Assembly (NCBI GenBank): GCA_963734495.1
Contig: CAVTHK010000001.1
Span: forward strand, 320,001-384,000
From: an uncultured Spirochaetota bacterium
GTDB lineage: Bacteria > Spirochaetota > Spirochaetia > SZUA-6 > CAVTHK01
Length of the DNA: 64,000 nucleotides
Direction of reading: 5' to 3'
Shown here: one piece after another, positions 8,723 through 17,956 of the stretch
Position numbering within the stretch: position 1 is the stretch's first letter
How the letters are laid out: every line of letters begins with the position of its first letter
Notes under the pieces: generated by a model
What the model was told of the DNA's origin: nothing
Database searches by the model: none
What the model saw: only the letters and a program-made list of their open reading frames with translations
Program-made: the position numbers and the translations under genes

Positions 8723-10414
8723 TTGAACGTCTTCGAAGACATCGTGAACCGATCGAGCGATTTCATCACGCTCATCAGTCGCGACTACACATACGAGGTT
8801 GCCAACGACTCCTACTGCGAGCAGATAGGGAAGAGCCGGGCGGACGTCGTGGGCCACACGGTCGCCGAGGTCTGGGGGCCCGAGCGCTTCGAGAGCTCGA
8901 TCAAGGGATACCTGGACCGCTGCTTTTCCGGCGAGCAGGTCAACTATATCGACAAGTTCAAGTTCGGGCCCTTCGACCGGCACATGCACGTGACCTATTT
9001 CCCGCGCAAGGAAGGCGAGAAGGTCACGCACGCCCTCGTCTTCTCGCACGACATCACGCAGATCAGCGAGATCGAGTCGCGTCTGACCAACTACGAGTAT
9101 CGCGACCCGGTCACGGGGCTGTTCAACCGCCGCTCGATGCAGATCATACTGGACAAGGAGATCGAACAGGCCCGCATGTCGAAGAACGAGAAGCTTCGGG
9201 CGGTCCTGTTTATCAGCGTCGAGAACCTGGGCCGCATCAACGACCTGTACGGGTACGAAACCGGCGACCTGCTGCTCGAGAACACCGGGCTGCGCGTCCG
9301 CAAAGCCTTGAGGGCGGGCGACTACGTGTTCCGCTTCGAGGGCAAGGAGCTGGCGGCCGTCATCACCGTGATCCCGCGCAAGACCGACCTGGGCGCAGTC
9401 GCCCAGGAAGTCTACAACCAGGTCACGCTCCCCTACACGTCGAACGGCAAGGCGATCGTCGTCGGGGCCGCGATCGGCGTCTCGCTGTATCCCGATGACG
9501 GCGAGAGCTCGGAGGCGGTGATCCGCAAGGCGCACATGGCCATGTCCGACGCGAAGAACCGCAAGGTGCCCTACGTGATCTTCGACCAGCAGCTCCACAC
9601 GGCCGCCCAGGACCGCTACGCGCTGGAGGGCGAGCTCGCGAGCGCGCTCGCCAACCGCCAGTTCGAGCTGCACTATCAGCCCATCGTGGACAACGCGGGC
9701 AGGATCCTCGGGGCGGAGGCTCTCATCCGCTGGCGACACCCCCGGCTCGGGCTCGTGCCGCCGATGGAGTTCATCCCGCTGGCGGTCGACTCCGGCCACA
9801 TCACGGCCATCGGCAAGTGGGTGCTCTTTACCGCCTGCGAGCAGCTTGCGAGGTGGTCGACGGAGCACGATCTCTTCGTCACGGTCAACATGTCGGCCAG
9901 CGAGTTCAACGACGGGCACCTGATCGACAGCATCCAGGCGGCCATCAGCCAGGCGCGGATCCGGCCGGACCAGCTCAAGATCGAGATCACGGAGACCGAG
10001 TGCATGGAGGACCCGACCGCGGCGGCGGAGAGGATGCGCGAGATCCAGAGCCTCGGCGTCGAGGTCCTGATCGACGACTTCGGCACCGGACAGTCGTCGC
10101 TCGGCTACCTCAAGAGCCTGCCCTGCAGCGCGCTCAAGCTCGACAAGTCGTTCGTCAAGGACGTCGAGACTCGCGAAGACGAGCGGGAGTTCCTCCGTCA
10201 CCTGGTGAACGCGATCAAGAGCCGCATTCCCAAGGTGGTGATCGAAGGAGTGGAGGCGGCGGGCCAGGCGTGGCACGCCCGCAAGCTGAGCTGCGACCTC
10301 ATGCAGGGCTCTTTCTTCGGCTGGGCGGTGCCTCCGCAGGAGTTCGAGGAGCTTCTCGCGCGCAACGCGGCGGCGGCCGAAGCCCCCGCGGCCCAGAACC
10401 CATCGGGAAACTGA
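8723..10414 (+). CDS. PAS - degenerate GGDEF - EAL protein (probable c-di-GMP phosphodiesterase)
   Basis: N-terminal PAS; GGDEF site reads FEGKE; EALIRW, EITE, DDFGTG, KLDKSF, EGVE intact; TTG start. Confidence 0.88.
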   Translation: MNVFEDIVNRSSDFITLISRDYTYEVANDSYCEQIGKSRADVVGHTVAEVWGPERFESSIKGYLDRCFSGEQVNYIDKFKFGPFDRHMHVTYFPRKEGEKVTHALVFSHDITQISEIESRLTNYEYRDPVTGLFNRRSMQIILDKEIEQARMSKNEKLRAVLFISVENLGRINDLYGYETGDLLLENTGLRVRKALRAGDYVFRFEGKELAAVITVIPRKTDLGAVAQEVYNQVTLPYTSNGKAIVVGAAIGVSLYPDDGESSEAVIRKAHMAMSDAKNRKVPYVIFDQQLHTAAQDRYALEGELASALANRQFELHYQPIVDNAGRILGAEALIRWRHPRLGLVPPMEFIPLAVDSGHITAIGKWVLFTACEQLARWSTEHDLFVTVNMSASEFNDGHLIDSIQAAISQARIRPDQLKIEITETECMEDPTAAAERMREIQSLGVEVLIDDFGTGQSSLGYLKSLPCSALKLDKSFVKDVETREDEREFLRHLVNAIKSRIPKVVIEGVEAAGQAWHARKLSCDLMQGSFFGWAVPPQEFEELLARNAAAAEAPAAQNPSGN

Positions 10415-10620
10415 TCCGGGAGCGCGCGAGGGCGCCCGGCGGGGGCACAGCCTGCGCACTCGGTCGACCCACCTGACGGACGGGCGCGCGACAGACGGGC
10501 GGGCCTGGACGGGGCCGACGGGGCCCCGGACTGGGCCGCAGACAACTGGGCCCCGGACTCTTGACTATCCGCGCAAAGATCGGCAAAGTGCCCGGGTCAA
10601 CTTCAACAGGAGGTCAAAGA

Positions 10621-11340
10621 ATGACTCGCAAACTGATCATCGTGGGGGCAGTGTTTGCCCTGATCGGTGGGTTCGCTCTCGCCCAGGAGCTCAAGGTCGA
10701 GTACCAGTTCAACGTGTCCGGTGCCGACGCGGGGAACTACTTCTCCTTTATCGGGCCCATCCGCTACATGTCGGCGCTCAAGGATACGGTCGATGCGACC
10801 AGCGGAGCCTCGAAGCTGCACTCGACCGAGAACTTCAACGCCTATCGCTACGACGTAAAGGGTAAGCTGACTCTGCCCGAAGGATTGCGCGGGCTCTTCC
10901 TCTTTGCCGTCGCCCCCCTCGCGCAGCTCCAGTCCGACAACCTTACGGTCGCCAAGGCGGGGGATGGCGTCATCACGATCCACTACGCGCACCGCGGGAC
11001 CGCCTACGAGCTCATCACCGACAAGAGCGGCAAGCTCGTGTTCCCCGAGGCGGCCGGCCGCAAGCGGGCGATCGGCTACATCCAGGGCGACGGGCCGCAG
11101 GTGATCAGCCGGGACTTCTCCCGCAACGGGAAGGCTGATGGGGTGGACTGGAAGAAGGTCTGGGACGCGGGCGTTGCGGGCGGCAAGGAAATCACCGCGG
11201 GCGTCGCCAGCAAGACCGGCAACATCGCCCCCGACGGCGCCGAACCGACCTCGATGTTCTACTGGCAGGGAGCGCTGCAGTTCACGTTCGAGCGGAACAT
11301 TCTCAAGGTCGTCGGCGGAATGAACTCGGTCAAGCGCTGA
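10621..11340 (+). CDS. secreted hypothetical protein
   Basis: AGGAGG SD, signal peptide MTRKLIIVGAVFALIGGFALA, own terminator. Confidence 0.8.
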   Translation: MTRKLIIVGAVFALIGGFALAQELKVEYQFNVSGADAGNYFSFIGPIRYMSALKDTVDATSGASKLHSTENFNAYRYDVKGKLTLPEGLRGLFLFAVAPLAQLQSDNLTVAKAGDGVITIHYAHRGTAYELITDKSGKLVFPEAAGRKRAIGYIQGDGPQVISRDFSRNGKADGVDWKKVWDAGVAGGKEITAGVASKTGNIAPDGAEPTSMFYWQGALQFTFERNILKVVGGMNSVKR

Positions 11341-11357
11341 GATCCCGACAAGTCACG

Positions 11358-11393
11358 AAGCCGCCGGCGCCACGTGCCGGCGGCTTTCTTTTT
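11358..11393 (+). terminator. intrinsic terminator
   Basis: AAGCCGCCGGC-N7-GCCGGCGGCTT followed by TCTTTTT, between convergent genes. Confidence 0.85.
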
Positions 11394-11415
11394 GTCCGGC
11401 CACCTTTGGGCCGTT

Positions 11416-12543
11416 TCAGAGCGCAGCCGCGAGCCGCGAGATTCCCTCCGTGATGCGCTTCTCGTCGTAGTATGAGAAGCTCAATCGCGCGAACTCCTCC
11501 AGGCTGCCGCGCGTCGAAAAGCGGCCGCCCGGCGCGAACGTGACGCCGCGGGCGCGCGCCCGCGGCAGCAGCTCCTCCGCGCGGTCCGGGCCTTCCAGCC
11601 GCACCCAGAAGAAGAAGCCCCCGGCCGGCGCCCTCCACCTCGCGCGCTCCCCCGGGAGGCTCTCCAGGCCTGCGGCCATCGCCTGAGCGCGCGAGCGGTA
11701 GGCCTCGCGCAGCCGCAGCAGATGCGCCTCGAGCGTTCCGATTTCCAGCATGCTGCGCACCACCGCCGAAGTGAACGGGCCCATCCCGCCCCCGCTGTCG
11801 AGGAGACCGCAGCTGCTGAGCCTCTGCAGCAGATCCGGCGGCCCCTGGACCCAGCCCAGCCGAAGACCGGGCGCGAGGATCTTGGAGAAGGAGCCGAGGG
11901 AGAGCACGCCGCCCTGCGCGGCGGACGCGGCGAACGGGCGCGGATGCTCGCCGGCAAAGGTCAGCATGTGGTAGACCTCGTCGGCCACGACGAGGACGCC
12001 GCGCTCCCGGCACAGCGCGAGCAGCGCGTCCCTGCGGGCCGCCGGCAGCGTCGCGCCCGTGGGATTCTGATGCGTCGGCACGGTGTACAGCACGACCGGT
12101 CTGTCGCGGTGCAGGCGGTCGCGAAGCGCGTCGGGAACGAGGCCGTCGCCGTCGGTGGCGACGCCCTGCACCCGCAGGCCGTGGTCCGCGAAGATCCTCA
12201 GCGCCAGGAAGTAAGTCGGCTCCTCCACGAGGACGAGGTCGCCGGGACGCGTAAAGAGCGAACAGACAAGGTCCAGCGCCTGCGAGGCACCGCCGGAGAC
12301 GAAGAGCTCGTCCGGCCGGACCTCGAACGCGTACTCGCGCGTGAGGAACCGCGCGAGCTCAGTGCGAAAGCGGAGGTCTCCCGGCTCGTAGCCGTACTGC
12401 AGGAGCGAGCGATCGCCCTGCGCCAGGCGATGGGCGGCCGCGTCCCGCAGCAGCTCGAGAGGGAGCAGCTCCGGCCCCGGGTGGCCGATCGCCAGGTCGA
12501 TGATGCCCGGGTCGACTTCCCTCTGCGTGGTCTGTGTCGTCAT
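11416..12543 (-). CDS. PLP-dependent aminotransferase class I/II
   Basis: LLQYG, EEPTY, HQNPTG, DEVY, SFSKILAPGLRLGW. Confidence 0.92.
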   Translation of the reverse strand: MTTQTTQREVDPGIIDLAIGHPGPELLPLELLRDAAAHRLAQGDRSLLQYGYEPGDLRFRTELARFLTREYAFEVRPDELFVSGGASQALDLVCSLFTRPGDLVLVEEPTYFLALRIFADHGLRVQGVATDGDGLVPDALRDRLHRDRPVVLYTVPTHQNPTGATLPAARRDALLALCRERGVLVVADEVYHMLTFAGEHPRPFAASAAQGGVLSLGSFSKILAPGLRLGWVQGPPDLLQRLSSCGLLDSGGGMGPFTSAVVRSMLEIGTLEAHLLRLREAYRSRAQAMAAGLESLPGERARWRAPAGGFFFWVRLEGPDRAEELLPRARARGVTFAPGGRFSTRGSLEEFARLSFSYYDEKRITEGISRLAAAL

Positions 12544-12546
12544 CTC

Positions 12547-14523
12547 CTACCGGAACACGAGCATGCCGTGGCCGTCGAGCAGCGTCACCCGCACCCGCGC
12601 GTAGCCGTCGCGGTACTCGCACGCGAGGTCGACGCCATGCGGCTCCAGGCGGGCGGAGCGCGGCGCCTTTAGGAGCTTGACCGCGATCGGAACTTCGACC
12701 AGCGGCAGGGCATCCTCCACGATGTCGAGCCCCTCGGCCCGGCGCTCGGGGGCGAACGAAAGCAGGTGGACGATCGTCGCGGCGCCCTTGCGCACGACCG
12801 TCGTCTCCAGGCGCGACGGCCCTTCGGCGCGCACCAGCGGCTCGGGCAACAGCAGGTCGATGCAGTTGCCGAGCAGCGTGCGGTAGTTGGGCGCCGCGTG
12901 CAGCCCGTAGGCCTCGAGGATGGGCACGGAGAACGTGATCGCGCGCCCGTTGCGCACCGCGGCCGAGTACGGCGACAGCTTCGCCGGCGGCGTGTACGAG
13001 TGGCCCGAGAACTGCAGCCACCCGCGCTCGAACCACGGCTCGACGACGCGCACGAGCGACTCGGCGCCGGCCGCGGGCTTCATGCGGAAACCCGGCTCGT
13101 ACATCACGTAGTCGTAGTCCGCGAGACCGCGCGAGACCTTCTTTGCCGCCCTGAGGAACGTATGGGTGAAGGGGCTCGCCCCGTCGACCTCGATGCCCAG
13201 CCCGGCGAGGGCCGGCTTGCCCGCGTCGTCGAGCGCCGCGCGGCCGCAGACGATGAGCGCACCGCCTGCGGCCAGGTAGGCGGTCAGGCTCGCCGCGAGC
13301 GCCGCGTCGATGCGCGTGGACTCCGGCACGATCGCCAGCTCGTAGCCCGCGAGCTTCGCGTCGGGGCCGACGACGTCGAACTGCTGCTGCAGTTGCTGCA
13401 GCCCGCGCGTCGCGCCGACACCGGACGGCCCCGGGCGGTCGCCAAGCCCGGGGTCGACGATGAGCGCGATCTGGCTCGCGAGCTCGCCTCCGGCGACGTG
13501 GGGCTCGCACTTCTCGATGTGCGCGTACACGCGGCCGATCAGGTCGTACACCGCCTTCTGCGGCCGTCCGTGCGGATGCAGCAGGTCGCCGACTCCGCCG
13601 GTCATCGCCTGGCTCAGGATCTGGCAGCACTCGTACTTGAGCGCCATCTCCGGCTTGAGCGACGCGTTGTCGCCCCAGCTCTTGAAGAAGCGGCCGGTGT
13701 GGCTGAGGGCGGGCAGGCCGAGCGGGCGCACGAAGCGCGCGACGTAGGGGAAGTAGGCGTAGCCCCAGCCGCCGGTGGGCAGGGCCTCGATCTCGACGTG
13801 GCGCAGGTATTTCTTTTCGACGCGCAGGTTGAGCTTGGGCCTGCTGTTGAACCAGGTGCCCATGTGATCCGCGCCACTGCCCGCGGCCTCGACCATGGCG
13901 GAGAAGCGCTTCATGTAGGCGAGGGCCACCTCGCGGGCGTAGCGGTTGCGGTCGTCCTCGACGCGCGGGTCGTAGCCCTTCGTCACCATGCCCTCGACCG
14001 CCCACTTCGAGATGCTCGGCTGGTCCCAGCACATGTCGAGGAAGATGCCGTCAACAGGCTTGTAGACGGTGAGCACCTCCCCGAGGATCTCCGCGATGTA
14101 GTCCTGGTACGGGCTCGACATGTCGAGCACCTGCCAGCCGGCATCGAAAGGGCCGGCCCGGCGCTTGGAGCGCTTGCCGTCGGCCTCGATCGCCACCCAC
14201 TCGGGGTGCTGATTGGCCGCGTACTCGTTGACCTGGCAGGAGATGTAGATCGGCGCCCGGATGCCCTCGCTGTGCAGCGCCTCCACCTGCGCGCCGGTCA
14301 AGTCGAAGCCGCGCGCGAGGCCCGGATGCCGCGACGGGTGCGCGGTGCGGTAGTAGGTGTGGCCGTGGTGGCAGAGCGCGAAGACGGTGACGGAGTCGAC
14401 GTGCGCCTCCTTGAAGGTCCGCGCGAACTCCTTTGCGTCGAAGTCCTTTGCCACTCCGGGGACGTCGGGCCCCGTGTGGAAGTCGAGATGAATGGTCCTC
14501 GAGGGGAAGGTGAACCTGGCCAT
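12547..14523 (-). CDS. GHL6-like hypothetical glycosyl hydrolase with beta-galactosidase trimerisation-like domain
   Basis: IHLDFHT, DSVTVFALCHHG, DGIFLD, HVEIEALPTGGWGY, GRFFKSWGD; AAGGAG SD before ATG 14523. Confidence 0.75.
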   Translation of the reverse strand: MARFTFPSRTIHLDFHTGPDVPGVAKDFDAKEFARTFKEAHVDSVTVFALCHHGHTYYRTAHPSRHPGLARGFDLTGAQVEALHSEGIRAPIYISCQVNEYAANQHPEWVAIEADGKRSKRRAGPFDAGWQVLDMSSPYQDYIAEILGEVLTVYKPVDGIFLDMCWDQPSISKWAVEGMVTKGYDPRVEDDRNRYAREVALAYMKRFSAMVEAAGSGADHMGTWFNSRPKLNLRVEKKYLRHVEIEALPTGGWGYAYFPYVARFVRPLGLPALSHTGRFFKSWGDNASLKPEMALKYECCQILSQAMTGGVGDLLHPHGRPQKAVYDLIGRVYAHIEKCEPHVAGGELASQIALIVDPGLGDRPGPSGVGATRGLQQLQQQFDVVGPDAKLAGYELAIVPESTRIDAALAASLTAYLAAGGALIVCGRAALDDAGKPALAGLGIEVDGASPFTHTFLRAAKKVSRGLADYDYVMYEPGFRMKPAAGAESLVRVVEPWFERGWLQFSGHSYTPPAKLSPYSAAVRNGRAITFSVPILEAYGLHAAPNYRTLLGNCIDLLLPEPLVRAEGPSRLETTVVRKGAATIVHLLSFAPERRAEGLDIVEDALPLVEVPIAVKLLKAPRSARLEPHGVDLACEYRDGYARVRVTLLDGHGMLVFR

Positions 14524-14560
14524 GGGCGCTCCTTTTTCTGGCTTCGGGGGCGGCGCCCCC

Positions 14561-15583
14561 TTACTCGATCTCGTCGATGACGATCTTGGTGACCTCGCCC
14601 GGGTGGGCCTTCCAGAACGAGAGCGCCTCGCCGGCCCGCGCGAACGGAAAGCGGTGGGTGATGATCGGGGCCACATCGAGCCGGCTCTCGCGCAGCATCG
14701 CGATCACGTCGGCAAAGTCCGGCGGCAGCGCGTTGCGCGAGCCGCGGATGTCGAGCTCCTTCTGGACGAAGTTCTTCGTTTCGTACGGGACCTCCTTGCT
14801 CGCGTAGCCGATGTACACGACGGTCCCGCAGTAGCAGACGATATCGACGGCCGCCCGGTAGGTCTGCGGAAGCCCGACCGCCTCGATCACGACGTCGGCG
14901 CCGTGCCCGCCGGTGAGCGATAGGACGCGCTCGGCGAGCGGCTCGCTGCGGCTGTTGATGCCGGCGGCCGCGCCGAGAGCGCGCGCGAGGGCGATCTTGG
15001 CGTCGTCGATGTCGATGGCGATCACCTCCGCTCCGGCCCGCGCCGCCCCCACGATCGCGCCGAGGCCGATCATCCCGCAGCCGAACACCGCCACCTTGTC
15101 GCCCGGCTTGGCCTGGCCGCGGCGCACCGCGTGAAAGCCGACCGACAGCGGCTCGACCAGGGTCAGCCGGTCCCAGCTCAGGTCGCCCGCCGGAAACACC
15201 TTGGTTTCGGGCGCGCTGACGAACAGCGTCGCGGCCCCGTCGCGCTGCACCCCCATCGTCTGGTTGGACTTGCAGGCATTGGGCCGCCCCTTGCGGCAGG
15301 AGCTGCAGACGCCGCAGCTCGTGTACGGGTAGAGCGTCACGCGCGCGCCCTTCTCGAGCCGCGCCTGGACCCCGGGCCCGACCGACACGACCTCGGCCGC
15401 CGTCTCGTGCCCGACGATCCGGGGAAAGGTCACCAGGGGATTGTCGCCGGCGAACGACTTGAGGTCGCTGCCGCAGAGACCGAGCTGCCGGATGCGCACC
15501 AGCACCTCGCCCCGCCCCGGCGCGGGCTCAGGGATGTCGCGGAAGCCGGTCCTGCCCGGCTCCAGGATGGCGCACGCCTTCAT
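14561..15583 (-). CDS. zinc-binding alcohol dehydrogenase (L-galactonate 5-dehydrogenase/YjjN-like)
   Basis: CGSD, GHE, CGVCSSC...C, GCGMIG, KELDIRGSRNA. Confidence 0.88.
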   Translation of the reverse strand: MKACAILEPGRTGFRDIPEPAPGRGEVLVRIRQLGLCGSDLKSFAGDNPLVTFPRIVGHETAAEVVSVGPGVQARLEKGARVTLYPYTSCGVCSSCRKGRPNACKSNQTMGVQRDGAATLFVSAPETKVFPAGDLSWDRLTLVEPLSVGFHAVRRGQAKPGDKVAVFGCGMIGLGAIVGAARAGAEVIAIDIDDAKIALARALGAAAGINSRSEPLAERVLSLTGGHGADVVIEAVGLPQTYRAAVDIVCYCGTVVYIGYASKEVPYETKNFVQKELDIRGSRNALPPDFADVIAMLRESRLDVAPIITHRFPFARAGEALSFWKAHPGEVTKIVIDEIE

Positions 15584-15596
15584 TCTTCCCTCCTAT

Positions 15597-15837
15597 GACG
15601 TGACGTCCCTCGTCACGTCCCAAGTCCCGAGTCCTCGAGGGGCCCTCCGTGACGTCCTCGTCACGTCCCAAGTCCCGAGTCCGCGAGGGGCCCTCCGTGA
15701 CGTCCTCGTCACGTCCCAAGTCCCGAGTCCGCGAGGGGCCCTCCGTGACGTCCTCGTCACGTCCCAAGTCCCGAGTCCTCGAGGGGCCCTCCGTGACGTC
15801 CTCGTCACGTCCCAAGTCCCGAGTCCTCGAAGGGCCC
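15597..15837 (-). repeat. 48-bp tandem array, 5 units (array A), intergenic
   Basis: Sense unit GGGCCCCTCG(A/C)GGACTCGGGACTTGGGACGTGACGAGGACGTCACGGA; last unit 49 bp ending CGTCACGTC, then ATAGGAGG SD. Confidence 0.97.
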
Positions 15838-15840
15838 TGC

Positions 15841-16878
15841 CTAACCAAGATAAGGATAGTCGCGGGCCACGAGACCGGCGTCCTTGAGCGCGGTCCAGAA
15901 CGGCGTGGGGACCTCGGCATCGGCGAGCGCGGCGTTGTCGGCCACGCGCTCGGCCCGGCTCGTGTTCAGCGAGACCGCGGCGACACCGGGGGGCGAGAGC
16001 GCGAACTGCACGCAGACGGCCGGCGCCGACACGCCGTGGCGCGCGCAGAGCGCGAGGAAGCGCTCGCGCCATTCGAACAGCGGCCGCTCGCGCGCGGGAT
16101 CCGGCCTGCGATAGTCGAAGAACTCGCCGCCGGTGAGGAAACCGGCGTGGAACACCGCCGAGTTCACGATCCCGACGCCCCGCTCGCGCAGGCGCTCCAC
16201 GAACGCGAGGAGCTCCGGCGGATGGCGATACACCGTGAGGCTGCACGCCAGCATCACCCAGTCGAGGTCGACGGCGTCGGCGATCTCCCGGATCACGGTC
16301 CAGTCCTTGCTCCCGACGCCGACGGCCCGCGCCTCGCCCCGGGAGCGGACCTCGCCTAACGCGTCGTAGGCGTCCCGCACGTCCGCGAAGCGTCGGCGGC
16401 GCTCGGCGCCGCCGCCCGCCGCCGCGAGGTATTCGTCGGGATCGTGCACCGAGACGAGGTCGGCGCGGAATCCCTCGCCGAGGAGGCTGTTGCCCTGCCG
16501 CCAGCACTCCACGATCCCCTCGCGGCCGATGCGCTGCTCCGCGTCGTGCGCGAGGCCCTTCCAGGCGCCCGGCTCGAACGTCGGCTCGCTGCCGCGCAGC
16601 GGGACGCGCAGCCACCCCAGCTTGTTGCTGATCAGCACATCCGCGGGCCGCGCGCCGAGGTCCCGCAGGGCCCCGCCCAGGGCCTCGAGCGCCAGCCCCG
16701 CCCCGTACTTGCCTGCCGAGTCGAAGACCACCGGCCGGCTCACACGGGCGAGGCACTCGCCGACGATCGCGCGCTTCGCCTCGAACGGGAGGGCCCGGTA
16801 CAGGTTGCCCAGGCTGCTCGTCCCGAAGATGACCGGCGGAACGGTGAGGCCCGTGCGGCCGAAAAGCCTGCGCGTCAT
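15841..16878 (-). CDS. aldo/keto reductase (D-threo-aldose/L-fucose/L-galactose 1-dehydrogenase-like)
   Basis: FGTSSLGNLY, DSAGKYGAG, SNKLG, SVHDPDEY; ATG overlaps the LacI stop. Confidence 0.85.
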   Translation of the reverse strand: MTRRLFGRTGLTVPPVIFGTSSLGNLYRALPFEAKRAIVGECLARVSRPVVFDSAGKYGAGLALEALGGALRDLGARPADVLISNKLGWLRVPLRGSEPTFEPGAWKGLAHDAEQRIGREGIVECWRQGNSLLGEGFRADLVSVHDPDEYLAAAGGGAERRRRFADVRDAYDALGEVRSRGEARAVGVGSKDWTVIREIADAVDLDWVMLACSLTVYRHPPELLAFVERLRERGVGIVNSAVFHAGFLTGGEFFDYRRPDPARERPLFEWRERFLALCARHGVSAPAVCVQFALSPPGVAAVSLNTSRAERVADNAALADAEVPTPFWTALKDAGLVARDYPYLG

Positions 16879-17876
16879 CGGATCGCCCCCACGGACTCGT
16901 GCACGTGCAGCTCCGCCTGCAGCCGCACCGTTCGGGGGAAACCGCCCCACTCTCCAGCCATGCGGCGCGCGAGAAGCTCCTCCACGGTGCTCGCAATCTC
17001 CCGCAGGGGCTGCGCCACCACGGTGAGCCGCGGCTTGAAGATCATGGCGAGCTCCAGGCTGTCGAAGCCCACCAGCGAGAGATCGCGCGGCACCCGCAAC
17101 CCCCGTTCGTTCAACGCCATGATGCACCCCAGCGTCATCTCGTAGTTGGTCGTGTAGATCGCGGTCGGCTGCGGGCGCGCGTCGAGCAGAGCGAGCGCGG
17201 CGCGGTGGCCTCCGGCCACGGTGTAAGCGCCGTTGCTGACCAGAGCGGCGCGGGGGGTCACGCCCGCGTCGCGAAGGGCGGCGTTGAACCCCGCGAGCCG
17301 GCGGCCCGCCGTGTAGACGCTTCGCGGCCCCACGATGATGCCGAGGCGTCGGTGCCCGCGCTCGAGCAAGTGCGCGGCCACGGCCCGCGAGGCGGCCTCG
17401 TTGTCGATGACCGCGGCGTCGACGGCCGCGGCCGAGAGAAGCCGGTCGAAAAGCACGAGCGGGAACCGCCTCGCGGCGAGGGCGGCGAGCGCGGGCTGGT
17501 TCCGCCGGCACGGCACCGCGACGAGGCCGTCGATGCGCCTGCTGAGCAGGAAGTCGAGCTTGCTTTCAAAGGTTCGCGCGTCGTCGCGGTAGTCGCACAC
17601 GACCGTCGTATATCCCCGGCTCTGCGCGAAGCTCTCCACGTGCGACGCGATCGTCGCGAAGAACACGCCCTCGAGCCGCGGGATGAGCACGCCGATGCTC
17701 ATCGAGCGGTTGATCTTGAGCCCTCGCGCCAGGTCGTTCCGTCGGAAGGCCAGCCGCTTGATGACCCGCTCGAGGCTGGCACGGTTGGCGGGAAGCACGC
17801 TGCCGCCGTTGATGTACTTCGAAACGGTGGCGATCGACAGTCCGGCGAGCGCCGCCACGTCCTTGATGGTGGAAAT
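16875..17876 (-). CDS. LacI family transcriptional regulator
   Basis: STIKDVAALAGLSIATVS HTH, NDLARGLK hinge, VGFD; probable ATT start at 17876 (GTG 17960 is an alternative). Confidence 0.92.
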   Translation of the reverse strand: MSTIKDVAALAGLSIATVSKYINGGSVLPANRASLERVIKRLAFRRNDLARGLKINRSMSIGVLIPRLEGVFFATIASHVESFAQSRGYTTVVCDYRDDARTFESKLDFLLSRRIDGLVAVPCRRNQPALAALAARRFPLVLFDRLLSAAAVDAAVIDNEAASRAVAAHLLERGHRRLGIIVGPRSVYTAGRRLAGFNAALRDAGVTPRAALVSNGAYTVAGGHRAALALLDARPQPTAIYTTNYEMTLGCIMALNERGLRVPRDLSLVGFDSLELAMIFKPRLTVVAQPLREIASTVEELLARRMAGEWGGFPRTVRLQAELHVHESVGAIR

Positions 17877-17956
17877 GGAAGGGTCCTCCGCGGGGAATCC
17901 GGCGCGGGCGGGGCGGCAGGCCGCGCACAGCCGCCCGCGCCCCGCCCCGCCGGCGC

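Noticed and set aside
15597-15837. CRISPR array interpretation of the 48-bp repeats (also 62389-62580)
   Set aside because: Units are head-to-tail with no unique spacers, and no cas genes are in the window.
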